A stretch of 64,000 nucleotides of DNA from Sphyrna mokarran. Its lineage: Eukaryota. Location of the stretch: assembly GCA_024679065.1 (NCBI GenBank), contig JAGIQG010000001.1:99076001-99140000 (forward strand), in the 5' to 3' direction. This document shows positions 38,746 to 50,844 of this stretch, piece after piece. Each line of letters opens with the position of its first letter. Within the stretch, counting starts at the first letter, position 1. The notes beneath the pieces were generated by a model. It was not told the DNA's origin and made no database searches. It saw only the letters and a program-made list of their open reading frames with translations. A program made the translations under genes and the position numbers.

Positions 38746-40759
38746 GAGATCCATCTATACGTGTCATTCACTTTGTTGATCTTGATCTGGATCTTACTAG
38801 TCACAATCGTGTTCACTTTGATACTGAGATCACTTGTCCGACCACAATTTCCCTCACCATTTCTAATTCCTTCCAATCCACTGTTCCTAATTTATTTCAG
38901 TTCTGTTTTTCAGTTCTTGATTTCCCTCGTTCCCATGTTGCACATGTGCAGTCAAAATACATCCATCCTGTCCCTGCTGGAGCTCTGCTGGGTCAGATTT
39001 CCTTCATTTTTATCCCTGCTCTTATTGTATTATTCCTAACTTTTCTTCATTCCTGCCCTGTGTAAATCTCCGAGTCCACATTGTTTTGGTGCTCCTGAAC
39101 AGAATTTTTTTTCAAAGCTTCCAAGCTATATCACTGGCACCCTTCATCCTCAGTGTGCCATCTTTAGCTATTTGCTCACACACAATTCAAGATAAATGCT
39201 TTAGAATCTAAATGGAGTTTGAGCATGTCAGAAGCCATTATAGGATTAGTGTGTAAGTACTGAAGCTCTGACAAATGGCTTATTGTAAGATAAAGGAAAG
39301 GGAGAAAATCTTGCCAACTTTGATGGCTAGTGTACAGAAAAGGACTCAAGCTGCATTCTGGATTAGTGCAAATCTAAGAGCAGTGATCTGCAGGAGACAG
39401 TAACTTTCTGATCAAAGTAATGGATGCTCTTCATCTGATACCGTACAGTAGATGTACTGCAGCATATGTGATCTGACTTGATGCAAGTTCCTTTACAGTG
39501 CAAGACTGTTCCTGGATGACTGTGTGAGCATTCAATCCTCTTGCAAAGGCGAGGCATACCCTCAAGAATTATACACTGACATTTTGCCAGCAGCTACAGA
39601 ATTCTTGGACTTGATGTCTGGAGCAGGCAAATGTTTACAATTCCCAGAAATGAGACTAAGAGTAAGAAGACAGTTACTGACAGCAAACAGGGGTTGTCAA
39701 TAGTGAGAGCAGAGTGTTGAGCCTGTAAGACTAGAGGAATCAAAGTTAATATATGAGGATCAGTGCCGTGCACAGAGTAACAGATCAGCTGCAGGCACTG
39801 TCAAAGAGCACATAAAGTACCACGTGAGCATAAAAAACATCCGTCTTTTTGTTCTTGTATTTTCTGACATGCAACACAGAATATTAGTGAATCTATTTCA
39901 AATAACACACTCCACATCGTGAGGATGAGACTTGGTGAATGACATACAAGATGCTGAGACAACCCAGCTTGCCCTGTGTTAAGGATCAGTTTGAATTCTC
40001 TGTTCGCTTTTGCATGTACACAGAAATGCCCAACAATTTTGAGTCAAAATGATTCTGAGAAATGTATTAATTGCATTGCCATTGATCTGTTACCCCCTCT
40101 TCAGGTCTCTTTCTCTTCATACATACAATTGGAAGGATGATGGGGATATTATAAAGAACATGATCTGCTCATAGATAAATGCCACAAGTGCTCCACTGTC
40201 TGCAATTTTACAGCATTTCATTTTCAATCCGGATGGATGTGTAGATACCCAAATATTCTCCTTCAAACATTCCAATTCAATTATATTAGCACTTGATATT
40301 AGGTACTCTACTTCCATAATATTATTCACAGTTTATGAAAATAAAAACCATATTAGAAGAATTTGTATCAAGAAATGAATTCTGATATTTTCCTTCCCTT
40401 TGGATGGATATGTAATTTGAAGCTTGGGTGTCTTAAAGGTACAGATTATTTGCTAAATTAAACAATGTTCACCAAAGATGCAATTCTGCATTAGGCATTA
40501 CATTTCATCCTGTGTGACTCCCTAACCTTCATCACTCTGCCATTAGCTTTCAATCTCATCCTCATGTTTAGAGTTGGAATTGAACCTTGCATACAGTTAT
40601 TTGCAAGAGTCAAGCTGCAAGGAAGATTGATCTCATAAAAACATGAGGGAGCGAACTTACTCAAAAAAAAATACAAAGTGCAGGACGAGTGAAAAACGGG
40701 AGAGTTTCAGTTTTTTTGGATGAGTTTAAAAATGTAATCTTATGCCATCTTGTGCAAAA

Positions 40760-41570
40760 AATTATGTATAATCTGTTTCCCACCAATAGAGGAGGGGAGG
40801 AGAGAGGCAGGGCTTAAGATCACAAAAAGCCGGCTGCTAACAACAGAGGACGCAGATCTCTATCCTATCAACAGAACAGAGAATTCTGTCTGTCACCTTC
40901 ACCCCTTGGATAACACCCCCTCTCCCCCTGCGATTGCTGGCCTCCTGGTAGAAAAGCCACATATCTCCCTGCATATTGCCCCACAAAATCCCCACACATG
41001 GCCCAACCAAGTGCCAGGCAAATCCTCCACTCCTGGCCCAGACAAGTGCTGCCCAAACCCCCCACGCCAGCCCGGCCGATCACCATTGTGGAGTGCACAG
41101 GTTCCTCACCCAGCAAATCCTCCTTGCAGAGTGTGCAGCTCCCCTCATCATCTGCCTACCCTTAGGTCCTGCCACATAATGGCCCTGTCTTCTCCTCTTA
41201 GGCTCCACCCCCACAACAATCACTGCCTTGGCACTGTTCAGTGCCTGACGGGCAGTACCAGAAGTCCCGTGGTCAGTGCCGGCATGCCAGACTGGTACTG
41301 CCCAAGGGGCATTGCTGCTCCCATCAACCACCTTGCAGACTTTCAATGGCCTCCAGTCCTACTGGTGAGGTGTCACATTGGGTCGCTGTTGATGGGGACG
41401 ATACATGGTCCTCACTGGTGAGGGTCTTCACCAGAAAGCCACTGAAACTGAGCCCAGATGATAGTGTCCCAGATCAATTATATTTAAATCCACATGACCA
41501 TGGATTTAAATGTTATAATTGTACCTGTTTTTCCTGCATTCAAGTCATTAATACAGATTGTAATTGGTTG
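40760..41570. mobile_element. GC-rich non-autonomous DNA-transposon relic
   Basis: C-rich interior with ggca/tgcc microrepeats as in 9802-10560; the 223-aa ORF is low-information and has no domain I recognise. Confidence 0.4.
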
Positions 41571-41574
41571 GGAG

Positions 41575-42690
41575 CCTAGGACTAAATCTTGTGGCATCCA
41601 CTTGTTAGATCTTGCCAACCAGAAGAGGCCCATTTATCCCTATCCTCTGCTTTCTGTTGATTAGCCAGTCCTCCATCCAAGCTAACAAAATATCCCGAAA
41701 TGATCTTACCTTGTGTATTAACTTTTTGTGTGGCACTTTATCAAATGCCTTCTGGAAGTCCAGATATACAACACCTACAGGATCCCAATTATCGGCTATG
41801 ATATGATTGGTTATGCTTAATCTCCCAAAATATATAGGTTAGATGGATTAACCACGGTAAATGTCTGGGATTATGGGGACAGGATGGGGGTACTCTGTCA
41901 GAGAGAGTCAGTAAAGACTTGATAGGCCAAATGGCCTCCTTTTGCACTGATGGAATTCTATGATCCACTTTGCTTGTTACATCTTCAAAGAACTCTAGCA
42001 AATTAGTCAAATATGACTTATCCTTCTTAAAGTTATGCTGACTCTGATAGATTGTATTTTTATTTTCCAAACGTCCTGTTATTTCTTCCTTAATAATGGA
42101 TTCTAATAATTTCCCAACAACAGATGTTATACTAATTGGTCTATAGTTTTCTACTTTCTGCCTCCTTCCTTTTTTGAATAATGGCATTAGCATTTTCCAA
42201 TCCACTAGACATCCTGGGAATTTGGAACATTATGACTAATGGATCCATTATCTCCACTGCCGCTTCCTTTAAGACCCTAGGATAGGCCGGCCGGGCCTGG
42301 GGACTTGTCTGCTTTTATCCACAATAAGTTTACGCAGTACCTTTTCCCTAATAATGATTATTCTAAATTCCTTTCTTTCTATTACCTCTGCATTATTTGT
42401 TACTATTCGGATGGTGGTAGAGTCATCCACTGTGAAAACTGAGGCAAAATACTGATTTAGTGTTCCCACTATTTCTGTGTTCTCCACTATTAATTTCCCA
42501 GTCTCATCTTCCAAAGGTCCAACATTCACTTTGGCTACTCTCTTCCCTTTTACATACTTATAAAAACTTTTGCTATCCTTTTTATATTTTGTGCTAGTTT
42601 TTTTTCATAATTTACATTTGCTCTTTTTATTTTTTTAGTAATCCTTTGTTGATTTTTAAAAGTTTCTTATCTTCCAGCCTGCCACTGACT
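41575..42690 (-). mobile_element. CR1/HER1 LINE ORF2 fragment, interrupted by a SINE
   Basis: LNQYFASVFT, PLFKKGRRQKVENYRPISITSVVGKLLESII, QSQHNFKKDKSYLTNLLEFFEDVT; VYLDFQKAFDKVPH at ~41725-41770. Confidence 0.93.
41803..41963 (+). mobile_element. 5'-truncated HE1-type SINE inserted antisense within the CR1
   Basis: gattggttatgct..ggttagatggatt..ggccaaatggcctccttttgcactg..attctatgat; the LINE reads through when this is removed (ttatc/cactttgcttgttacatc). Confidence 0.75.
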
Positions 42691-43694
42691 TTATTATTGA
42701 CCTTTAACCTTCACCTGAGAGGGCAGATAGAAGTGCACTTTTAATTCAATATTTCCTCAATAAGCATTAATCTAGATCGTGTATAGACTTGGGAATGAAA
42801 CTCAACTCAACCTTATGACGCAAAGGCATGGATACTGCCATTAAACAAAGGCTGGCACCTTTATATTTGTAAATGCACATGTGTGAATGCACACATGTGC
42901 ATATCTGTTTATGCTTAAGTAAAAGCATATCAGGATGAAGAAAGAGCTAGCATAACAGACATATCTGAAAACCATCCAGAGATTGGATACCCTCCTAGTA
43001 CATTTTGTGATCTGAAACTGTGCAGATGACACATTCAAGTCTGCAACTGCTGCGGTGTTTAATTAGTTCTGAAGTATTATGCCGAACATAGAGGGCCTCC
43101 TAGGTCCACAGCAATGTGTAATGCACCTAACAATTCAAAGTCACAATTTGACAATCTGGCTACACTTATCACAAGTACAATCTGACAGATTAAACATTGC
43201 TGCTTCAAATGTTATTCCATTTTGTGCTGCTGGAAAGCTCTACATTACAAGTGCTCTTTTTGTCAGATGGGCTGCAGTTGTCTTTATAATGAGTAATTGC
43301 AGCTTTCCTGATATCATAAGCAACCTCACAGGATCAGTAACATGGCTCTTTCTCAGGCCAAAGCAGTCTCACTTTGAAGTCTTTAAGGGATCTACAGTCT
43401 AAAAGGATAAGTATTTCACATCAGCAATTCAATCTAAATTGACAATGTGAAGCCAAACATTTTCTTCCAAACTTATATTGACCATGAAAAGAATTTAAAC
43501 TGTTACATTTAAATTGAGTATTTGTCCCTGGCTTCCATTTTTTTACTCAAAATCTAATTTCTTTCAGAGCTTTCTACTCACCAGAATCCACGAATCATTG
43601 CTGTTTTATCAAAGCGGTGGCATGGTGATGCCTCTGTAATTTGTATTTTTGAAAACTCAGAAAAAAGTCCAATCAGTCTTTGCGCAGTGAAAGC

Positions 43695-44050
43695 AGTCAA
43701 ATAAAGCTAAACAAACCAGGGAGGTCCCAAATTCAAGTCTTAATCTGTGCCGAGTTACCGGATCTTACCCTAGTCATTAGCAGTGCCATACAACAATAGA
43801 CTTCAGCATCTTTGTGCTAAATAGGGCAGAGTGGTGGGGAAGTGGGCTCAGGCAATATTTCAAAGCCAGTGTTAAAAAATGGAAACATGGACACTGGCTG
43901 AGGATAGAACTAGACTCAACTGTGATGACCCCCATGGTCAATAAATCACTAAGACTCATATACGAATCCTGTATAGGGTGTGGCAGGACTACTTTACCCA
44001 TGGGGACGGTACCCTAGTATATAGCATTGCCTTCAAGGAAGGAGAGAATA
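43695..44050 (+). mobile_element. Ancient tRNA-SINE, possibly LF-SINE-related
   Basis: ccagggaggtcccaaattcaag..tctgtgccgagtta head; tgaggatag..ctgtgatg..gccttcaaggaaggagag tail; similar eroded copies near 45930-46440 and 47270-47480. Confidence 0.4.
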
Positions 44051-45970
44051 TTCAGAAAAAAACACTCACTTTCTCAAAAATATTTGTTCTGTTTTAGAAA
44101 AGAGAATTTCTCCTTAGCCTAAGTACAGATATAGCCATGTCTATTCGAACAAATCTGTTCCATCGGAAGAGTTCTAAAACTCGCCAGAAATAGGAAGTGT
44201 GTTTATATTTGTCATTATGTAGTATTTATAAACTCAAATGAAGATCCATTTCACATAGAGCTTACTCTTTCAGGCCATTTCCTAAAACAAATTCCGCTAG
44301 TCCTTTGTTTTTCCCCGACAGTTCAACGTCCCTTCAAGTGCTGAAAGCTGCCCACTGAACAGGTGCACAATATGCCCAGTTTCCCCACAATGGCTATTAG
44401 TGTCAATGTGATACCTCTGAACTCAACAGCAATAATTAGTTGAAATGAGGGGTAAGCAACGTGCTCCAATTTTTAAGGTACTATCAACCTTACACACTTA
44501 TAGTGTGCTGTAAACAATGGTACACCGTAAAATGGAAGCATTAATAGGGACATCAGAGAACTGTGAAGTCCACAGATGCCTTCGCTATTATCATCGAGAG
44601 GTGCTAAGCTTTCTGAAATGCTTTCAAAAAGTGAATATGAGATGTGAACTGCTATTTTATTCCAAAGGAAGGAAGACTGAAGGGGGATATAGTCTTAGCA
44701 TTGTTATTTCCATCTCAATCTGTCAACACAGTAATAAATCAGTGATGGATTTCATGCAAACTTTGTAGATAAGGTCAAAGAGTTTATACAATGGGTATAT
44801 TTCAGATTGGGATAGACTTAATTATCTCATAATGCTACATATTGTATTTATTTAAAGAATGGTAATTTCCAAATAATTGATCACTGCTCCAACATTAAAA
44901 CAAACTTAATCATAAATTTAACTTCATTGTGGTGATAACCTTATTTCTATAAGATGTCACTACTCTTTTGGATAACAGTTATCATGAAGATCCTTTTAAC
45001 ATACTTATTTAATGAAATGTGTCAGAATTATTCAGTTTGTCTCAACTTGCTGAATAATTTATATTGTAGCATTCATTCAGAAAATCAGATCACTGTATTT
45101 GATAATTGTTTCAAATATTTTTCCCCCGCCAAGTGAGATCAGCTTTATTCAGTGTATCAGGTAACCTTGAAAAAATGTGACAGCCAGTGAATTATTGATC
45201 ATGAATATCCAGAGCCATGAGGGATTGTGGAGATTTGCAACTTTGTTTTTGATCAATTTAGTTAATGTCAATCTACATAATGTGCTGTTTTGTGCAAATC
45301 TATCATGAATAATTCAGCCATTGAGGACACTGAATATTCCTTAGTTGAGCATGCTAAAGTGCTTCATCAACACAACTACTATAAATGATCAATTAAAATT
45401 AACTGTCCTTTTTATGAGGCAATCAAGATTCTTAATAGTTTCCTAAGAAACTAGAAAACCAGATTCTTGACATCAGCTGACATCAAGATTCCAAACCCAA
45501 TATTATCTTCTCTTAAACATACTGTCGGAGTGTGGTACATTTTGAAACACAAGCTATCTAGTCTTACCTATTTTATCCAGTCTTAAAAAGGGAAAACTGG
45601 CTTGTAGAGAACTCCTTTATGCACTTCCCATTCTACTGCTTTAGGATGAATTTTAGGAGAGGAAATTTTCTTAGTTCCCTTCTTGTAACCGTCCACTTTT
45701 GAGCGTAAACTGGCTCTTTCACCAAGATTTTAGTGACCTTTCCTAATCTCTATCTCTTTAGTGGCCACGTTCATCTGATTATACAACTCTAAAGCACATT
45801 TGGAAATATTTCTATTTCAAATCATTGTTGTTGTTGAGATTCTGTTACTTATGTAAAGTCTTATTCAACAGTTGTGCAATCTCTACCCTCTAAAGCCAGA
45901 CTTGGTGGTCCATCAGATAACTGAGTCACTTGGGCCACAATCTCCATTTTGCTGAGTTAGCTGAATGAGT

Positions 45971-46172
45971 AAGAGGTCTGACAACACCAATTTTAAATCC
46001 GACCGATTTATTTGATAGTAAACTTGTAAGCTTTCGGCCTTTGTAGCCTTCGTCAGGCCATAAAGGCCGAAAGCTTGTAAGTTTACTATCAAATAAATCG
46101 GTTGGATTTAAAATTGGTGTTGTCAGACCACTTACTGAGTTTACCCCAGTCCAATGCTGGCATCTCGACATC
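45971..46172 (-). mobile_element. Short PLE-derived fold-back element with a 14-bp TSD
   Basis: ~75-bp near-perfect inverted arms; minus-strand head gatgtcgagatgccagcattggactggggtaaac; TSD ttagctgaatgagt at 45957-45970 and 46173-46186; minus-strand ctgacga-aggctacaaaggcc-gaaagctt. Confidence 0.85.
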
Positions 46173-46864
46173 TTAGCTGAATGAGTGACAGAGAGAAAAT
46201 ATCAGTCAGGTTCTTGTGGCCAGTTACTCCTAGAGAATCTTCCTCAAAAGTGTGTATAAGGAATGTCAGGTGAGGTCTGGCTTGAGCTTGAATATTATAA
46301 CAGCTGCAGTCAAACGACTGATATATGCTTAATTATGTTTGCTGGGTTAGACAACAGAGTAACTGACAATCATGGTGCCAGAACCACAATGGAGCCAATG
46401 CATTTAGGAGGGAAGTGGAGGAAAATAAAATCAAGAGGAAAATGATGTAAATTTTCTTTGACCTTGCAGAGTCTGTACATAATAAGTATGAAAATTCAGT
46501 TGATCAATCAATTAAAAGAAAAAAGTCAAAGGGAATAAAGCACATCAAAATAACAAATGACAAAACTGTCCTGTGTAAGACAAGTCATCTGCAATTCTAC
46601 AATTCACAATGAAATATCATTTTGGTTGTGACACAAAGCCATTTGGAAACCCTCCCCAATGAATCTTGCTCAGACAAAAAACACTGTCAATTTATTATCA
46701 ATGTCAAATCTCTGCCCTTGTTTTTGGAATCAAGGAACACAGTAAACAATGCAGCACAATCTTGCTGATCTTCAGCATCATTCCCTTCATGTTTTGCATA
46801 TTCCTAGGCTTGTAAAAATATTGGGTGTAAATTAAATAGCTTAGAAGCTGTTGCTTTGGAAGCA

Positions 46865-47015
46865 TGATGTAAAGGCACTGGTGTTGGACTGGGGTAAGAA
46901 GTCTGACAACACTACGTTTATCTCATTCACCTGATGAAGAGGATAACCTCGAAAGCTTGTGAGTTTACTATCAAATACATTGGTTGGACTTAAACCTGTT
47001 TTGTCAGACTTACTG
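46865..47015 (+). mobile_element. Short PLE-derived element with a 13-bp TSD
   Basis: Head gatgtaaaggcactggtgttggactggggtaag; inverted ends aagtctgacaa / ttgtcagactt; TSD tgctttggaagca at 46852-46864 and 47016-47028. Confidence 0.85.
46925..46964 (+). ncRNA. Minimal type I hammerhead ribozyme motif (PLE-associated)
   Basis: AUUCAC-CUGAUGA-A-GAGG(AUAA)CCUC-GAAA-GC-UU-GUGAGU: both conserved boxes, 4-bp stem II, 6-bp stem I, palindromic AAGCUU in place of stem III. Confidence 0.75.
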
Positions 47016-48119
47016 TGCTTTGGAAGCAGCCAGAAACATTCCAATTGGTAGCAATGCAATAGTTAGCCCCACCACCCCCAGCTGTCCCCACTCAATAGCT
47101 CAGTGTACAATGCAGTGCATTATCGTCAAGCTAATTTTAACTGCAATTAACTGCTTTTCTGTTATTCAGATTTCCAGCATTCACAATATTTCACTTTTAT
47201 TTCAATATTAATGAATTGCACATGCCTGAAAGACCATGGTCTAGCTTTGGAGTTGGCAGAGACATATCAGTAAAAGTATCTAGTCTTGAGGCCACTAACC
47301 TGTACTGGTGAGAGCATGTCTATGGATGTTGGTTGCAATTAAGCTCAACGTCAGCTGTGAAATTCCCCCAAGATAAATATTTTGTTAACTCAAACGATTC
47401 AAACCGCCACATGAAGAATTTGAGCCATTTAAGCAGAGGTCAGGAATTGAATGTCAGTGAGAGATAGGAATGGAGGAATGAAAACCCCTCCCCCCAGTTT
47501 TTATTGGGTGGGTTGGGGGAGTTTCTTGGTCTTTAAGAAGAGATGATGATTAATTCTTTACCAGCCCAGACTCTAATTTTTGTTGACCCTGCTATGGCCT
47601 TCGGTTAGGTTTGTGTCTTTTGTTTATTTGCCTTGGTCAACGGAGGAGTATTTTCCTTCTGATGTTTTAGCATGGGGATTCCACATCAACTTTCAACCAG
47701 ATGTGTGTAAACTGCAACAGCAACAATAGTTGGGATCCCAGTTACCAGCTGATCCGATTGGACTGGGTTTTAAAGTTTAAAAAGCCATGTTTCGTTTGTG
47801 TCATGAAATTATGTAAGATCAGCACTATCACAAATCAGAGCCAGGAAGTCATGGCATCCATTGATAAAAGTGATCTCCAACTGATCAAACTTTAAAAATC
47901 TAGTACATCAAGCCCCACTCAGTAATCATGAGGATAAGTTCAAAACAAACTGATGAAACAACCCATTGCTGAGGGCATAGCCTTCGACCATAGCAGCCAA
48001 ACTAAAGTAAGTGGAAAATGTCTAGCCAGTTCTAGTTACTTTGCTACATGCTAAGAACACTTGTCTGTTCTTCTGACTCAAATGCACAGATCAAAATTCT
48101 GAACATTCCTTGTTACTGT

Positions 48120-48460
48120 CTCAGCAATTCACCCAAGGTCCTTAGACAGCACCTTCTAAACCCACAACCATCTCAATCTAGAAGGGCAAGGGCAGCAGAT
48201 ACATGGGAACGCCATTACCTGCAAGTTCCCCTCCAGGACACTCACCATCTTAATTTAGAAATATATCACCATTCATTTGCAGCCAATGGGTCAAAATCAT
48301 GGAACTCTCTCCCTAATGGCATGGCGGGTCAACCCACAGCAAGTGGACTGCAGCAAATTCAGTAAAGTGGCTCATCATCACCTTCTCAAGGGCAGTTAGC
48401 GATGGGCAATAAATACTGGCCAACCGGTGTTGCCCGTTGTCCCACAAATGAATAAGAAAA
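48120..48460 (+). mobile_element. 3' end of the second CR1-group LINE family
   Basis: cagcaccttctaaaccc..gggtcaaaatcatggaactc..ctcaagggcagttagcgatgggcaataaatactggcc..aatgaataagaaaa; matches 22720-22970. Confidence 0.85.
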
Positions 48461-48904
48461 CAATTCAGCTTCATCCTCTGCACCACTAATGCCTTCATAG
48501 TGTTAAAACTGGTGAAAAGGAATGATCATAACTATAAAATGGTAGGCTAGTTGAGTATGTTTACCTCGGGTAATAGTGAAAATATAATAAAACAAATATA
48601 ATTGGAATCCTAGATTTTGGTGGAATCCTGTATATCACCACCCTCTCCATCTTAATTTCCACAGTTCCACAAGGGTAAAAACTGGTGAGCAATGCACAAC
48701 TGTTTCTCAGTCATCAAACTGCCACAAAGTTTATCAATTTAGCAATGAGCCAGTCTGTCTATCTCCAATGGTGTTGTGCCTACTATTAAATTATGCAACA
48801 TGTCTTTTAGGTTTCCTCTTTTGGTTTATTTCTGTGTAGCACCAAATCAGACCCTGAAGATTAGCCCAGACCAATTCCAATATCCAGAGCCTTGCGAGAA
48901 AAGG

Positions 48905-49222
48905 ATCATAAAATCCTTACAATGCAGAAGGAGGCCATTCAGCCCTTCGAGTCTGCATCGACAACAATCCCACCCAGGGTTTATCGCCGTAACTCTCCAC
49001 ATATACCTCACTAATCCCTCTAACCTACCCATCCCAGGACACTAAGGGGCAATTTAGCAAGGCCAATGCATCTAGCCTGCACATCTTTGGACTGTAAGAA
49101 ACCCATGCAGACATGGGAAGAACGTGAAAACTCTATACAGACAGTGACCCAAACTAGAAGTCAAACCCAGGTCCCTAGAGCTGTGAGGCAGCAGTGCTAA
49201 CCACTGTGCCACCATGCTGCCC
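48905..49222 (-). mobile_element. HE1 SINE, tail type A
   Basis: atcataaaatccttacaatgcagaaggaggccattcagccc; ggacactaaggggcaatttagc; gaggcagcagtgctaaccactgtgccaccatgctgccc. Confidence 0.92.
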
Positions 49223-50479
49223 CTCATATCAATGTTATTCATTAAGCACAGAACCGTAAGGTAACTCTCCAGAATATTATGGGTGAAAGTATTAACAAAG
49301 AGAGTCTTTTGAATCAGTCTTGATATTGGTAATCCTGATTTCTTGTTCTTGGCCTCCTGAACCCACTTCATTTACTCCAGTCTCCCTGAGATCTCTAACC
49401 TCTACTCTTCATCGCAGTGGGACTGCCTGTAATCTGAACTTAAGTTTGTTCGGGCAACTTCGACCTTTGGATATCAACATTTCAGCATTCTGGTTTAGCT
49501 AATCCAGAGAATATTATTCCAAGCAAAATCTTGATATTGGAAGAACCAAAGCATAATATTTTGAATGTGCTACACATCCCACTGATTAATAAATTCTGCA
49601 GCTCAATGGGTTAAGAGCCAGTCCCACATCTAAATGAACTGATTTAATAAGTGTTATGTTTCTCATGGCTTTTCATTTCAGAAAGGAAGGCCAACGTGGA
49701 AGAGACAGCATCCACCGGATCCATTACTTAGAGCTAAAATTAAAAAGTCCAGATGAGCAGTCCCTATGCAATTAATTACATGAATATTCACACATAAGTC
49801 ACAGGATTCAACAAACCAATAAAGGCCTAAAGCTCATTCTGATTACAGACTAGCATAAGACATCTCAAACAGGTACACTTCACTTGGACTGTTTGTGCCC
49901 AAAATCCCGACAATCTATTACCTATCAGTCTGTGTGCAATATGATTACTACAGTCCAAGTGCTGGATTCCAGCTGAAATTTCAGGTTTATTTTTAGCCCT
50001 AGTAGCTCGAAGGTCACAGGAGTGTGCTACAAAATACGCCTGATGACAGGCGATTCCGTTCATTAGCTTTCTCCACGGAAACCACAGCTACATTCAAAGA
50101 ACCAGCTCGCCATATCAAAATTGGTTACAATTTTCCAATTATTTCTAAAGCGACATTATGTTGAGAAACGTAATGAGCCATTGCAGCTGTTTAAGGATAT
50201 TTCATTATCATATACCAGATAAATGTAGAGAGCACTTGATTAAAATGTGCATTTAGTGCTCACTGGGAGCTGATAGAATCATTCTTGCAATACATCAGAG
50301 TAATGTTTTCTTTCCCCCCAGAAAGAAGTGTTTCCTTTGGTTGACTGTGCTACTGTGTGACCAGACAAAGTTGGCATACACTTGGTCACTGAGATTCATT
50401 AACTGATACCAAAGCTGAGAGGATTTAACTGTCAGGAGAAGAAGAATAGACAGGGGACATTCTTTTCTCTCTAAAGTCA

Positions 50480-50842
50480 AGGAATCTTGAATACTATGAA
50501 ATCATATGATAGAGCAGATATGGGGAAGGTGTTTCCACTAAGAAAAGTCCAAATCTTGGGGTACATAAATACAAAATAGTTACTAATGAGTTAAATAGGA
50601 AATGCAGGAGAACTTCTTTACTCAGAGGGGTCTCAATGTGAAATTTCAATCTATTCCAGATTGTTGAGGCAAATAGCAAACGGTGCTTTAAAGGGAAGCC
50701 AGATAAATTCATGAGGGAGAAAGGGATAAAAGGGTGCAGTGATAGGGTTCAACGAGCCCAGGTAGGAGGAGGTTTATGTGGAGCGTCAACACTAGCTGGG
50801 CTGAATGGTCCATTTCTGTGCAATATTCAAGCTCATTCTATG
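50480..50842 (+). mobile_element. CR1 LINE 3' fragment
   Basis: gagaacttctttactcagaggg, gttgaggcaaatagc, ctgggctgaatggtccatttctgtg..ttctatgat tail. Confidence 0.75.
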
Positions 50843-50844
50843 AT

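Noticed and set aside
40750-41421. Longest ORF (223 aa) as a gene
   Set aside because: Lies in a GC-rich repeat relic, is Pro/His/Cys-rich with no domain I recognise, and starts at TTG, not ATG.
50040-50081. ctgatga...gaaac as a hammerhead
   Set aside because: No helix closes between the boxes; CUGAUGA is sequestered in a local palindrome.
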